Shown piece after piece: positions 10,680-20,781 of a stretch of DNA of 59,142 bases. Below the pieces are notes generated by a model. The model was not told the DNA's origin and did no database searches. It saw only the letters and a program-made list of their open reading frames with translations. The stretch comes from Clostridia bacterium. Lineage in GTDB: Bacteria; Bacillota; Clostridia; TANB77; CAG-508. Location of the stretch: positions 1 through 59,142 of the forward strand of contig JAAVZN010000030.1 of NCBI GenBank assembly GCA_022791675.1. Reading direction: 5' to 3'. The translations under genes were made by a program, and so were the position numbers. Positions within the stretch are counted from its first letter, which is position 1, and the number at the start of each line of letters is the position of its first letter.

Positions 10680-11126
10680 GTGATTAATTTGGAAAATATG
10701 AATTTTGATGAAAATACGGTAAACAAATTAAAGGATATGATGAATAAAGGAGAGCTAAATGATGTTTTATCACAAATTTCTCCTGAAATGATACAAAATT
10801 TTTCTTCTATGATGTCGCAAAATACCTCTAATCATTCAAATCAAACTGAAAATGCAACAAATACGACAAATCATTCTAATCAAACAAATAACAATGGAAA
10901 TTTTGATTTTAGTCAAATTGATATGAATACCATTTTGAAAATGAAATCTGTTATGGAAAAATTGAATCAATCCAATGATCCTAGATCCAATCTTTTATAT
11001 TCTTTAAAACCTTACTTACGAGAAGAAAAAAAAGGAAAAGTAGATCAATATGCTAGCTTACTAAATGTTGCTAAAATCGCTGATCTTTTCAAAGATAATA
11101 ATAAGGAGAATCCTAACAATGGCTAG
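10680..11126 (+). CDS. Hypothetical small protein with an Asn/Ser/Thr-rich low-complexity centre
   Basis: 148-aa ORF preceded by AAAGAGGTGA. The true start is possibly TTG at 10689 or ATG at 10698. I recognise no family. Confidence 0.45.
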   Translation: MINLENMNFDENTVNKLKDMMNKGELNDVLSQISPEMIQNFSSMMSQNTSNHSNQTENATNTTNHSNQTNNNGNFDFSQIDMNTILKMKSVMEKLNQSNDPRSNLLYSLKPYLREEKKGKVDQYASLLNVAKIADLFKDNNKENPNNG

Positions 11127-11523
11127 TTTTTATAATAATTATTATCGTTATTACAAACCTTATTTACCTATTGCACCTAAGTTTTATCCCACAGTGGACA
11201 AATCTTTGTCTAAACCAGAGCCATCTTTAGCATTACAAAAAAAAGAAGAAGAATCTTCTCTCAATTCTTCTTCCCCTTCTTCTACTTCCTTTCGTTCAAG
11301 TAGTGAAAAAACCAAAAACAAATCTTCTCATGCATTTTCTTTTGGACCACTTGAATTCAAAAATCCTTTTTTCAACGATATGGAAGAACCAATTTTTGAA
11401 ATCTTTGGTATTCAATTATACCTTGATGATATCATTATTGTTGGATTATTGTTTTTCTTATATCAGGAAGACGTACAAGATGAAATGCTTTATATTGCTT
11501 TAATCTTACTATTGCTTAGTTAA
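11119..11523 (+). CDS. Hypothetical protein with Tyr/Pro-rich N-terminus and hydrophobic C-terminus
   Basis: Starts at an in-frame ATG (MASFYNNYYRYYKPYLP) with AAGGAG 10 nt upstream. It overlaps the end of the previous ORF by 8 nt. The C-terminus is IIIVGLLFFLY...ALILLLLS. Confidence 0.4.
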   Translation: MASFYNNYYRYYKPYLPIAPKFYPTVDKSLSKPEPSLALQKKEEESSLNSSSPSSTSFRSSSEKTKNKSSHAFSFGPLEFKNPFFNDMEEPIFEIFGIQLYLDDIIIVGLLFFLYQEDVQDEMLYIALILLLLS

Positions 11524-11529
11524 CTCTAC

Positions 11530-12141
11530 TTATTCTATGATAATTTTATCATTATCAATGCTAATATAAGCTTGTTTGTGTAATGGTTCTTCATCTCGAT
11601 CAATTTCTTTTACAACATTAGCAATTCTAATTTGCACGGTATCTACTAGTCCAGATGCTATTATTGCCTGCTTGTTACCTTTTGCTCCTGCATGTGCTAA
11701 CCCTCTTAGTGCTCCCAAAATAATAATATTATCTGATGCCATTACTTCCGCTCCCGAATTTACATCTCCAATGATAACCAAACTTCCTTCTACTTCTATT
11801 TTTTGTCCAGAACGCAAAGACCCTCTATGAAATTTCGTTTCTGAAACAGCAATTTCCTTCTCAAAAGTCTTTCTTATACTATGTAATCCTAAACTTTTTG
11901 GCATATCAAAATCAATTTCTACATCGATCTTACTTTTAATCAATTCTTGTATTTCATCAATCTCTTTATTTTTTAAGATTTTTCCTGTTACTGTAATTGG
12001 TGTTTTTTCATCTTTATACAATTTTTTTAGCTCTGTTAATTTCTTGGTTAAAGCTGTTATAATTTCGCCTTGTTCCGCCTCATCATTAATTTTAATTACA
12101 ATTTCATTTTTTTTCAAATTAACACTAACACAATTTCTCAT
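11530..12141 (-). CDS. minC: Septum site-determining protein MinC
   Basis: 203 aa. The C-terminal beta-helix signature GSLVIIGDVNSGAEVMASDNIIILGALRGLAHAGAKGN is present, and the gene sits downstream of mreBCD-mrdA. Confidence 0.85.
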   Translation of the reverse strand: MRNCVSVNLKKNEIVIKINDEAEQGEIITALTKKLTELKKLYKDEKTPITVTGKILKNKEIDEIQELIKSKIDVEIDFDMPKSLGLHSIRKTFEKEIAVSETKFHRGSLRSGQKIEVEGSLVIIGDVNSGAEVMASDNIIILGALRGLAHAGAKGNKQAIIASGLVDTVQIRIANVVKEIDRDEEPLHKQAYISIDNDKIIIE

Positions 12142-12161
12142 TTTTACGTCCCTCTTTCTCT

Positions 12162-12270
12162 GATGTTTTTTGGGACGGGGTCAAAAAACATCATTTTCTT
12201 TTCTGTCCTATTTTTATTCTTTTAACAATAAACGAGAACGATGTTTTTTGACCCCGTCCCAAAAAACATC
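12162..12270. repeat. Perfect 31-nt inverted repeat pair (12162-12192 and 12240-12270) with a 47-nt spacer, filling the mrdA-minC spacer
   Basis: GATGTTTTTTGGGACGGGGTCAAAAAACATC and its exact reverse complement GATGTTTTTTGACCCCGTCCCAAAAAACATC. Each copy is also internally self-complementary, with 11-nt arms. The last 2 nt overlap the mrdA TGA stop. Confidence 0.85.
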
Positions 12271-14383
12271 ATTGCAAGATTTCTATATATGGTCTTGCTG
12301 TCATGTCTTCTTCTATATTCTGTGTATTCATTCCAAAATATTCAGCCATAATATCTCTTACCACTTCAGCAGTATAGTTTCCATGTCCACCATTTTCAAC
12401 CATAACTACAATTGCAATTTCTGGGTTTTCGAATGGTGCAAATCCAACAAACCAAGCATGTACTTTATTGTTTGGTGCTTCAGCTGAACCAGTTTTACCA
12501 CCCACACTAATATCAAAGTCTTTAAATCTAACATAAGCTGTTCCACCACTATCACTTGTAACTGATTTCATTCCTTCTAAAATCGCACTCAAATAACTTT
12601 GATTAATTTGTAAGTCTTCTGTTGTATCTTGTTCTAACCCTAACTTTTTATTAATAAACTGATTGATTTCTTCTCTTGAAGTTTCTGATCCATCTGCATT
12701 TCGAATGGTTTTTACAATGCTTACATCTACCTTTTTTCCGCCATTAGCAAGCATGCTTATGTATCTTGCCATCTGCAAAGGGCTAAATTCGTTATCACTT
12801 TGTCCAATGGCAGATTGCAAAGTATTTCCTGGTCCCCAAGCTTCATTTGGATGTAAATTTGCCCATGTTTCTTTACTAGCTAATGCGCCTGCTGTTTCAC
12901 TTTGTAATTCAATTCCTGTTTTAGAACCTAAACCAAAATATCTAGCAAATTTTACTAAGTTGTCGATCCCCATTCGATCAGAAGTTTCGTAGAAAAAGTA
13001 GTTACATGATTTTTCGATTGCTCCTGAAACATTTAAATAGCCATGTCCTCTATGATAATCTGTATAAATCCAACATCTTGGCTGATAGTCTCGATATTTG
13101 GTATAAACCCCTGTATCATTTATGGTAGTATTTAAGTTAATTACTCCTGATTCTAACCCTGCTATAGCAGTTACCATTTTAAAAGTGGATCCTGGTGAAT
13201 AGGAATTTTGCATCGCTTTGTTCATAAGTGGTTTGGCTTCATTATCTCGATATTTTGCCCAATTTTCGTTACTAATTCCTCCTACAAAATCAGCTGGTGT
13301 ATAGTCTGGATAACTTGCCATAGCCAAGACTTCTCCTGAATTCACATTCATAACTACAACCGCTCCTGCTTTTGCATCATATACTTTTCCAAATCCTCCT
13401 GTTGCTATTTTTTGGATATTCGATGCCAAAGCATTTTCTGCTATTCTTTGAAGATTTGCATCAATCGTAAGAACTACATCGGAACCTGCTACAGCTTCTT
13501 TTGCAACATATTCTGCTGTTGTTGTTCCATCTACCGCCATATCAATTTGCTTGGTTCCATTTTTTCCTCTTAGATATTCTTCAAAAACATATTCTATTCC
13601 TGTTTTTCCAATAATATCATTTTGATCATAGACTGCTTTTCTTGTTTTGTATTCTTCTTGGCTAATTTTTGAAGCATATCCTAATATGTGGGAAGCTAAA
13701 TTGCCTGATGTATATTCTCTAGCTGGTTTTACAACAATATTAATCCCAGCAAATTTTTCAGAACCTTCACTAAATTCTGCTACTGCTTCTCTTGGTATAT
13801 TTTCTGAAATAGTCACTGCTCTTGTACTACTATAACCGTTTTGCGCAATTAGATAGCGAATCACTATTATTTTTCTAACTTCTTGAAGATCGGTATTCTG
13901 AATTTTATATTTGTCTTTAAATTTGTAAAAAGCTTGCTCTGCTGTTATATCTTCTTCTAAATTATTGTTTTTTTTCCACTTAATTAATGTTTCATTTTCA
14001 ATGGTATACTCAAATGGATCCATTTTAATCGGAAATGTATCAGCATAAGAACATTCATATTTTTCTAAAACTTGTATCATATTTAAAATAGATTGATTTA
14101 AACTTTCGGTATCTACTTTGCTTTTGTACATTTCTAATAAAAATTCCATTTTAGAAGTAACCAATGGCGTTCCTGTCTTATCTAAAATAGCACCTCTTGA
14201 AGCTTCTAAAGTACTTTCTCTCGTTAATCTTGTATTGGATTGTTCTCTATATTCTGCTCCATTTACAATTTGAAGGCTGAATAATTTGACAATTAAAATA
14301 ATTCCAACAATATAAACTAAAATTGTTAGAACATTAAATCTTAGATTCACGTTTGCTTTTTTAGTAACACGCTTTTTCCCCAA
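12269..14383 (-). CDS. mrdA: Penicillin-binding protein 2 (elongation transpeptidase)
   Basis: 704 aa with an N-terminal TM segment. It carries the SxxK (GSTFK), SxN (KSCN) and KTG (GGKTGSAE) motifs and follows mreD. Confidence 0.9.
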   Translation of the reverse strand: MGKKRVTKKANVNLRFNVLTILVYIVGIILIVKLFSLQIVNGAEYREQSNTRLTRESTLEASRGAILDKTGTPLVTSKMEFLLEMYKSKVDTESLNQSILNMIQVLEKYECSYADTFPIKMDPFEYTIENETLIKWKKNNNLEEDITAEQAFYKFKDKYKIQNTDLQEVRKIIVIRYLIAQNGYSSTRAVTISENIPREAVAEFSEGSEKFAGINIVVKPAREYTSGNLASHILGYASKISQEEYKTRKAVYDQNDIIGKTGIEYVFEEYLRGKNGTKQIDMAVDGTTTAEYVAKEAVAGSDVVLTIDANLQRIAENALASNIQKIATGGFGKVYDAKAGAVVVMNVNSGEVLAMASYPDYTPADFVGGISNENWAKYRDNEAKPLMNKAMQNSYSPGSTFKMVTAIAGLESGVINLNTTINDTGVYTKYRDYQPRCWIYTDYHRGHGYLNVSGAIEKSCNYFFYETSDRMGIDNLVKFARYFGLGSKTGIELQSETAGALASKETWANLHPNEAWGPGNTLQSAIGQSDNEFSPLQMARYISMLANGGKKVDVSIVKTIRNADGSETSREEINQFINKKLGLEQDTTEDLQINQSYLSAILEGMKSVTSDSGGTAYVRFKDFDISVGGKTGSAEAPNNKVHAWFVGFAPFENPEIAIVVMVENGGHGNYTAEVVRDIMAEYFGMNTQNIEEDMTARPYIEILQ

Positions 14384-14410
14384 ATCTCCACCTTCTTTCT
14401 GAAATAATGC

Positions 14411-14968
14411 TTAAAAGTAACGAGTTAAAATTTTATTTCCTTTATATTCATTTTCGATATAGTAACCAAATTTTTGTAACAATGGATACAAGATAATTGT
14501 TAAAAGCAAATTAAAAATAATTTCTATGATTAATATTTTTACAAAGTTTATGATTTCTATATTGGTTGCCATTAAGATATAATTTAGCAGATAGGATAAT
14601 ATCTCAAAAATAGCTGTTGCAACCATTCCCATAACCATAATTGTCATTCTACTATCTTTGGAAAAGTTTTTATCAAATATAGCTGCTAAAAATCCGATTA
14701 ATCCAAGTCCTATACTATAAATTCCTACTTTTGTTCCAATCACAAGATCCAATAATATTCCTATGATAAGTCCATAAATTGCACCCATTGTTCGATTTGC
14801 AAAAAGACCAATAAATAATACGAATAAAACAAATAGGTTTGGCATAACTCCTGCTATGTTGAACCAACTAAAAAAATTTGCTTGCAGAAGATATAGTATG
14901 AAAGTTGTTATGATTAATATAAGATTAATTACTACTTTTTTCAATTGGTTCCCCCCTCTGTTTCTCAT
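14411..14968 (-). CDS. mreD: Rod shape-determining protein MreD
   Basis: 185-aa polytopic membrane ORF. Its ATG overlaps the mreC TGA stop (ATGA), the canonical position. Confidence 0.7.
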   Translation of the reverse strand: MRNRGGNQLKKVVINLILIITTFILYLLQANFFSWFNIAGVMPNLFVLFVLFIGLFANRTMGAIYGLIIGILLDLVIGTKVGIYSIGLGLIGFLAAIFDKNFSKDSRMTIMVMGMVATAIFEILSYLLNYILMATNIEIINFVKILIIEIIFNLLLTIILYPLLQKFGYYIENEYKGNKILTRYF

Positions 14969-15780
14969 GGATTGGTTATTACTAAAACGGTATCTAATTT
15001 GTCAAAGTCAACGGCTGTTTCAACAATTGCATATCGATCTGTCATATTTTGTGTATTGGTTACTTTTTTTACGGTTCCAATATGAATTCCTTTTGGATAA
15101 ATCCCTCCTAATCCAGAAGTCTCAATGCTATCTCCTTGTATAATGTTAGCTTCTGTCGGAATATACATTGCTTTTAATGAAGATTTATCATCTAAGGTTC
15201 CTTTACACACTATGCTATCCTTTGTTGTGCTCATAGAACAGCTTACTGAACTTGCCGTATCAATAATGGTCTGCACTTTGGCTGTTGTCTCTGTCACTGA
15301 TATCACATGTCCTACTAACCCTTGGTCTCCTATGACTGTCATGTTTTCTTGTACACCGTCTTTGGTTCCCAAGTTAATAACGATTGTTTTTGCATAATTG
15401 CTAATATCTTTATTGATTACATAGCCAGGAATGGTTTTATATTCTCCATATTTTTCTGTTAAGTCTAGATATTCTTTTAGTGTTTCATTTTGTGTTTTGA
15501 TATTTTCTAGTTCTCTTAATGATTGTTCCAATTCACTGTTTTTCTCTTTTAATGTTTTATTTTCTTCTTTTAAGTTATTGATATCTGTAAAAAATGTATT
15601 GTTTCCACTTATTTTATTTTTCAAATAAGTTAAGCCATTTTGTATTGGCATAACTAAATTACTTGCTACATTTTCAAAAAAAGAATTTTCAGATTCTCCA
15701 TTTGAAAAGATAACAATTGCTATTAAAATAATAATCGTTATGATGATTCCTATCATTCCAGCTTTTTTATTTTTATACAT
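14965..15780 (-). CDS. mreC: Rod shape-determining protein MreC
   Basis: 271 aa with an N-terminal TM segment, a coiled coil (LKEENKTLKEKNSELEQSLRELE) and a C-terminal beta domain (GDQGLVGHV...GLGGIYPKGIHIGTV). Confidence 0.85.
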   Translation of the reverse strand: MYKNKKAGMIGIIITIIILIAIVIFSNGESENSFFENVASNLVMPIQNGLTYLKNKISGNNTFFTDINNLKEENKTLKEKNSELEQSLRELENIKTQNETLKEYLDLTEKYGEYKTIPGYVINKDISNYAKTIVINLGTKDGVQENMTVIGDQGLVGHVISVTETTAKVQTIIDTASSVSCSMSTTKDSIVCKGTLDDKSSLKAMYIPTEANIIQGDSIETSGLGGIYPKGIHIGTVKKVTNTQNMTDRYAIVETAVDFDKLDTVLVITNP

Positions 15781-15796
15781 TTTTTACTCCTTGTTT

Positions 15797-17604
<1,808 letters not shown>

Positions 17605-17605
<1 letters not shown>

Positions 17606-17862
17606 TATACTTTTTTGTAAATAAAGATTGCTAGTACCATTCCTATAATACTGGATATACTAATTTTAAACATTAATGCAAATGTAACTTTTATGACACT
17701 TAAATCCAATACTACTGGATTTTCTAAGCCAAAACTTTGACTATAAGATAACCACCAAAGCCAATTTACTTTTGATGCTAGTTCTCCTAATAATCCCCCA
17801 ACTACTAGTCCTGATAAAATAAATATTAATAGTATCCATATATTTTTTTCTTTTGTTGCCAT
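17605..17862 (-). CDS. Small membrane protein, DUF4321-like
   Basis: MATKEKNIWILLIFILSGLVVGGLLGE... with GGAGGG 7 nt upstream of this ATG. Position upstream of radC is typical for the family. Family assignment is from memory. Confidence 0.55.
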
Positions 17863-18185
17863 TTTTGTACCCTCCATTTTTTCTTTTCTACATGTTTCTT
17901 CTTTTTCCCAAAAATTGAAAAATTTTAATCTTGAAACATTACGGCTATTGCATTTTTATTCTACTTTTGGTATTATATCTTGAATTAACAATTTTTTCAA
18001 GTAAAATGTAAGATTTTTTACAATTTTAATCATTGCCTTCAAACGGCTCTTATATTCCTCTTGAAAAGAAGTCTATCATAAGATGAAAATTGTAAAAATT
18101 ATGATTACCAAAAATTGTGGCTTTCCATATAATAATAGAAGTAGTATAATATAATTATACAGATGTTAAGGAGGAAGTTATCTTT

Positions 18186-18803
18186 ATGAAAATTGAAAAA
18201 CTTACTGAAAATAAAATTCGTGTTGTTATCCACACAGATGAATTGGGCGAAAGCAATATAAGTATACATAATATTATGACAAAAGCAATTGAAACACAAG
18301 AAATTTTTGCAAACATATTAAAAAAAGCAGAAAAAGAAGTGAATTTTTGCACAGATGGTTGTAAATTGTTAATCGAAGCTTTTTCTTCTCTCGAAGATGT
18401 CTTGGTATTTACGATTACAAAATATTTACCAGATAACAATACCAAAAAGAAAAAGCTAATTGCTAAAAGGAAATCTTTTGATAAAAGTTCTTCTTTAGCT
18501 GTTTGTCAATTTGAAAATTTTGATTGTTTTTGTGAGTTTTGTAATGCAATTTCAACATTCCATAAAGAAAATACTGTTAAATTGGCAAAAAATGTTGCTC
18601 TTTATTCTTGGAAAGATTCTTATTATCTCATTCTAAGGAATATTCATACACAAAATAAAAATCTAAATTTGTTTTATTCTACTTTGTCTGAATTTGGAAA
18701 ACTTCTTTCTTATTCAGAACATTTTGAAACCAAGTTATTAGAACATGGAAAAGTAGTAATTAAGAAAAATGCTATTGATGTCGGAATTCAATTTTTTTGC
18801 TAA
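18186..18803 (+). CDS. mecA: Adaptor protein MecA
   Basis: 205 aa. MKIEKLTENKIRVVIHTDEL at the N-terminus, then LYSWKDSYYLIL and LSEFGKLLSYSEHFETKLLEHGKVVIKKNAI, parallel to B. subtilis MecA. AGGAGG lies upstream. Confidence 0.75.
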   Translation: MKIEKLTENKIRVVIHTDELGESNISIHNIMTKAIETQEIFANILKKAEKEVNFCTDGCKLLIEAFSSLEDVLVFTITKYLPDNNTKKKKLIAKRKSFDKSSSLAVCQFENFDCFCEFCNAISTFHKENTVKLAKNVALYSWKDSYYLILRNIHTQNKNLNLFYSTLSEFGKLLSYSEHFETKLLEHGKVVIKKNAIDVGIQFFC

Positions 18804-18856
18804 TTAGATTCTATTTAAACAAGAACAGTGAAAATTAAAATTTTCACTGTTCTTGT

Positions 18857-19867
18857 TTAATATACATAGTTTTGAGGATTATAAGCTACACCATTTACTC
18901 TTACTTCTAAATGCAAATGTGGTCCTGTTGAATTTCCAGTTGAACCAACCGTTGCTATTGTTTGTCCTTGTGATACTTGGGTTCCTGCTGATACATATAA
19001 ACTGGTACAATGTGCATAATAGGTCTGCACTCCATTTCCATGTGTGATAACAATCATGTTTCCAAATGATCCTTTACGTCCTGAAAATGTCACTGTTCCA
19101 GATGCTGCAGCAGAAATTGGTGTGCCTGATGAGGCTGCAATATCCAATCCTGTATGAGATGATCTTCTGATACTACTTCGTACTCCAAATCGTGATGTAA
19201 TTACTCCTGAGATTGGTCGAATTAGTGTGATTCCAATATTGGCTTTTCCTCCTGATGTTTTAAGTGATGTATTGACACTTCCTGTCGTTCCTTTTTTTGC
19301 TACATTAACTGTTCTGACTGGTTCGGTATATAATTTTGCTACCGCTTCTTCTGTGGTAACTAAATCTTTCATATTTTCTTCGTATTTTTCTACAATTGAT
19401 ATTTTTTCTATATTGGAACTGTTTTTTTCTTTTAACCCATTAACTACCTGTTCTGCCTCTTCAAAGCTTGATACATATAGTTTTTCTTCTTCATTATCGA
19501 CAATGGCATAATAACGATAATAAGTGGTTCCTTGTTCTTTTACTTTTTCAAATATTTCTTCGTCATTTGTTGTAATATTCTTTTTTAATAAACATAATCT
19601 ATATTCTGGAAGATTGGTAACTTGCACAAATGCAATATTTCCATTTTCTTCTCCACCATCCTCTATGTAATCATTGATTCTATGTTGTAATTCCGCTTTG
19701 TTTCCTGTGTATCCAACTTGCTCTCCATTCATAAATACACTATAAGTTGGTTTATATAAAAAGGCTATTGCTCCAATTATTAAAAAAATTGAAATCATAA
19801 AAAGAACGACAAATTTTATACTTCTTTTCGTGTGTATCATCATTTTCTTAAACATGTTTCTAATCAA
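18857..19867 (-). CDS. Membrane-anchored M23 (LytM-type) peptidase
   Basis: N-terminal TM segment. The C-terminus reads HTGLDIAASSGTPI...GNMIVITHGNGVQTYYAHC...GSTGNSTGPHLHLEV, with the HxxxD and HxH motifs. Confidence 0.85.
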   Translation of the reverse strand: MIRNMFKKMMIHTKRSIKFVVLFMISIFLIIGAIAFLYKPTYSVFMNGEQVGYTGNKAELQHRINDYIEDGGEENGNIAFVQVTNLPEYRLCLLKKNITTNDEEIFEKVKEQGTTYYRYYAIVDNEEEKLYVSSFEEAEQVVNGLKEKNSSNIEKISIVEKYEENMKDLVTTEEAVAKLYTEPVRTVNVAKKGTTGSVNTSLKTSGGKANIGITLIRPISGVITSRFGVRSSIRRSSHTGLDIAASSGTPISAAASGTVTFSGRKGSFGNMIVITHGNGVQTYYAHCTSLYVSAGTQVSQGQTIATVGSTGNSTGPHLHLEVRVNGVAYNPQNYVY

Positions 19868-20084
19868 TCTCCTTTGTATCTTTCTTGCTTTCCCTAAGGT
19901 TATTTTCTTTTTGTAATCATATTGTAATATTTGTTTTTTTGCAAAGAGTTTCCTTCTTCATTTTTTATCTTTTTCTTTCTTTTTTGTTTCTTTATCTCTC
20001 TTTTATTTCATTTATCTCTTATTTTCATTAAACAAGTTTTTTTCATTTTTTCGTTTCTTTTCTCCTTTTATTAAAAACACAAAA

Positions 20085-20173
20085 ACACATCTTGCTTTAT
20101 GCTATCTTTGTACATTTTTACTATCAACTGTCCAAATTATAAAATAATACCAAAGATAGATGGCAAGATGTGT
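20085..20173 (-). terminator. Long two-tier hairpin followed by a U-run downstream of the cotF-like pair
   Basis: ACACATCTTGC/GCAAGATGTGT (11 bp) plus CTATCTTTG/CAAAGATAG (9 bp) with a 40-nt apical loop. On the minus strand it is followed by tttttgtgttttt. Confidence 0.5.
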
Positions 20174-20187
20174 CTTTCACTACATCT

Positions 20188-20433
20188 TTATTGTTGTAAT
20201 TCTGTTTTTACTGTGTTAATTTCTGTTGTTGACGCTTTTTGAGCTGGAACATAGTATCCTTTTGTTTGTGCTATTTTAAATAATTCATATTGAAAACTTT
20301 CGTCATTGTTTCTAATTTGTTGAAATGTTTGTCTTAGTTGCATATTTTCTGCTTCTGAAATAGCAGTTTGATATGCTGTTAGGTCTGCTTTTACACCACC
20401 TAATATGTCATTTACCATTGTCTTTTCGTCCAT
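20188..20433 (-). CDS. Spore coat protein F (CotF-domain) family protein
   Basis: MVNDILGGVKADLTAYQTAISEAENMQLRQTFQQIRNNDESFQYELFKIAQTKGYYVPAQKA resembles the Coat_F domain. Confidence 0.7.
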   Translation of the reverse strand: MDEKTMVNDILGGVKADLTAYQTAISEAENMQLRQTFQQIRNNDESFQYELFKIAQTKGYYVPAQKASTTEINTVKTELQQ

Positions 20434-20449
20434 TTTCTTTCCCTCCTCT

Positions 20450-20638
20450 TTAATTGTTTAAAAATGTCATTAATTTTTGTTTTGTGTTTAATGCATCTTG
20501 TGCTGATTTTGAAAATAGTTGTTTAATTTGTGGATCAACTGCTTGTGATGAATAAGTATTCAATTTTTGATATACTGTTTCATGAGCTCCTATTAAATGT
20601 CTTAGATGTTGTAATTCAATTTGGTTTAAGTCTGCCAT
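20450..20638 (-). CDS. Small helical protein co-transcribed with the cotF-like gene (probable coat-associated partner)
   Basis: 62-aa ORF lying 16 nt upstream of the cotF-like gene on the same strand. Confidence 0.45.
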   Translation of the reverse strand: MADLNQIELQHLRHLIGAHETVYQKLNTYSSQAVDPQIKQLFSKSAQDALNTKQKLMTFLNN

Positions 20639-20781
20639 TTTTATCCTTCCTTTCTTTTTTCTATTCTTATTTATTCTTTCCTTTTTTTGAAATTTTATAC
20701 TTTTTTATCAATAAAAAAAACACTTACAATTTTTCTATTGTAAATGTCTTTCCCTTTTCCCTATTTTTTCAAAAATATTGT

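Noticed and set aside
19868-20084. Strongly purine-rich (on the minus strand) leader of about 200 nt upstream of the M23 peptidase gene; considered as a riboswitch or leader peptide.
   Set aside because: There is no recognisable riboswitch core and no conserved structure. Only a trivial 12-codon ORF is present, and the low-complexity A/G composition is common in this genome.
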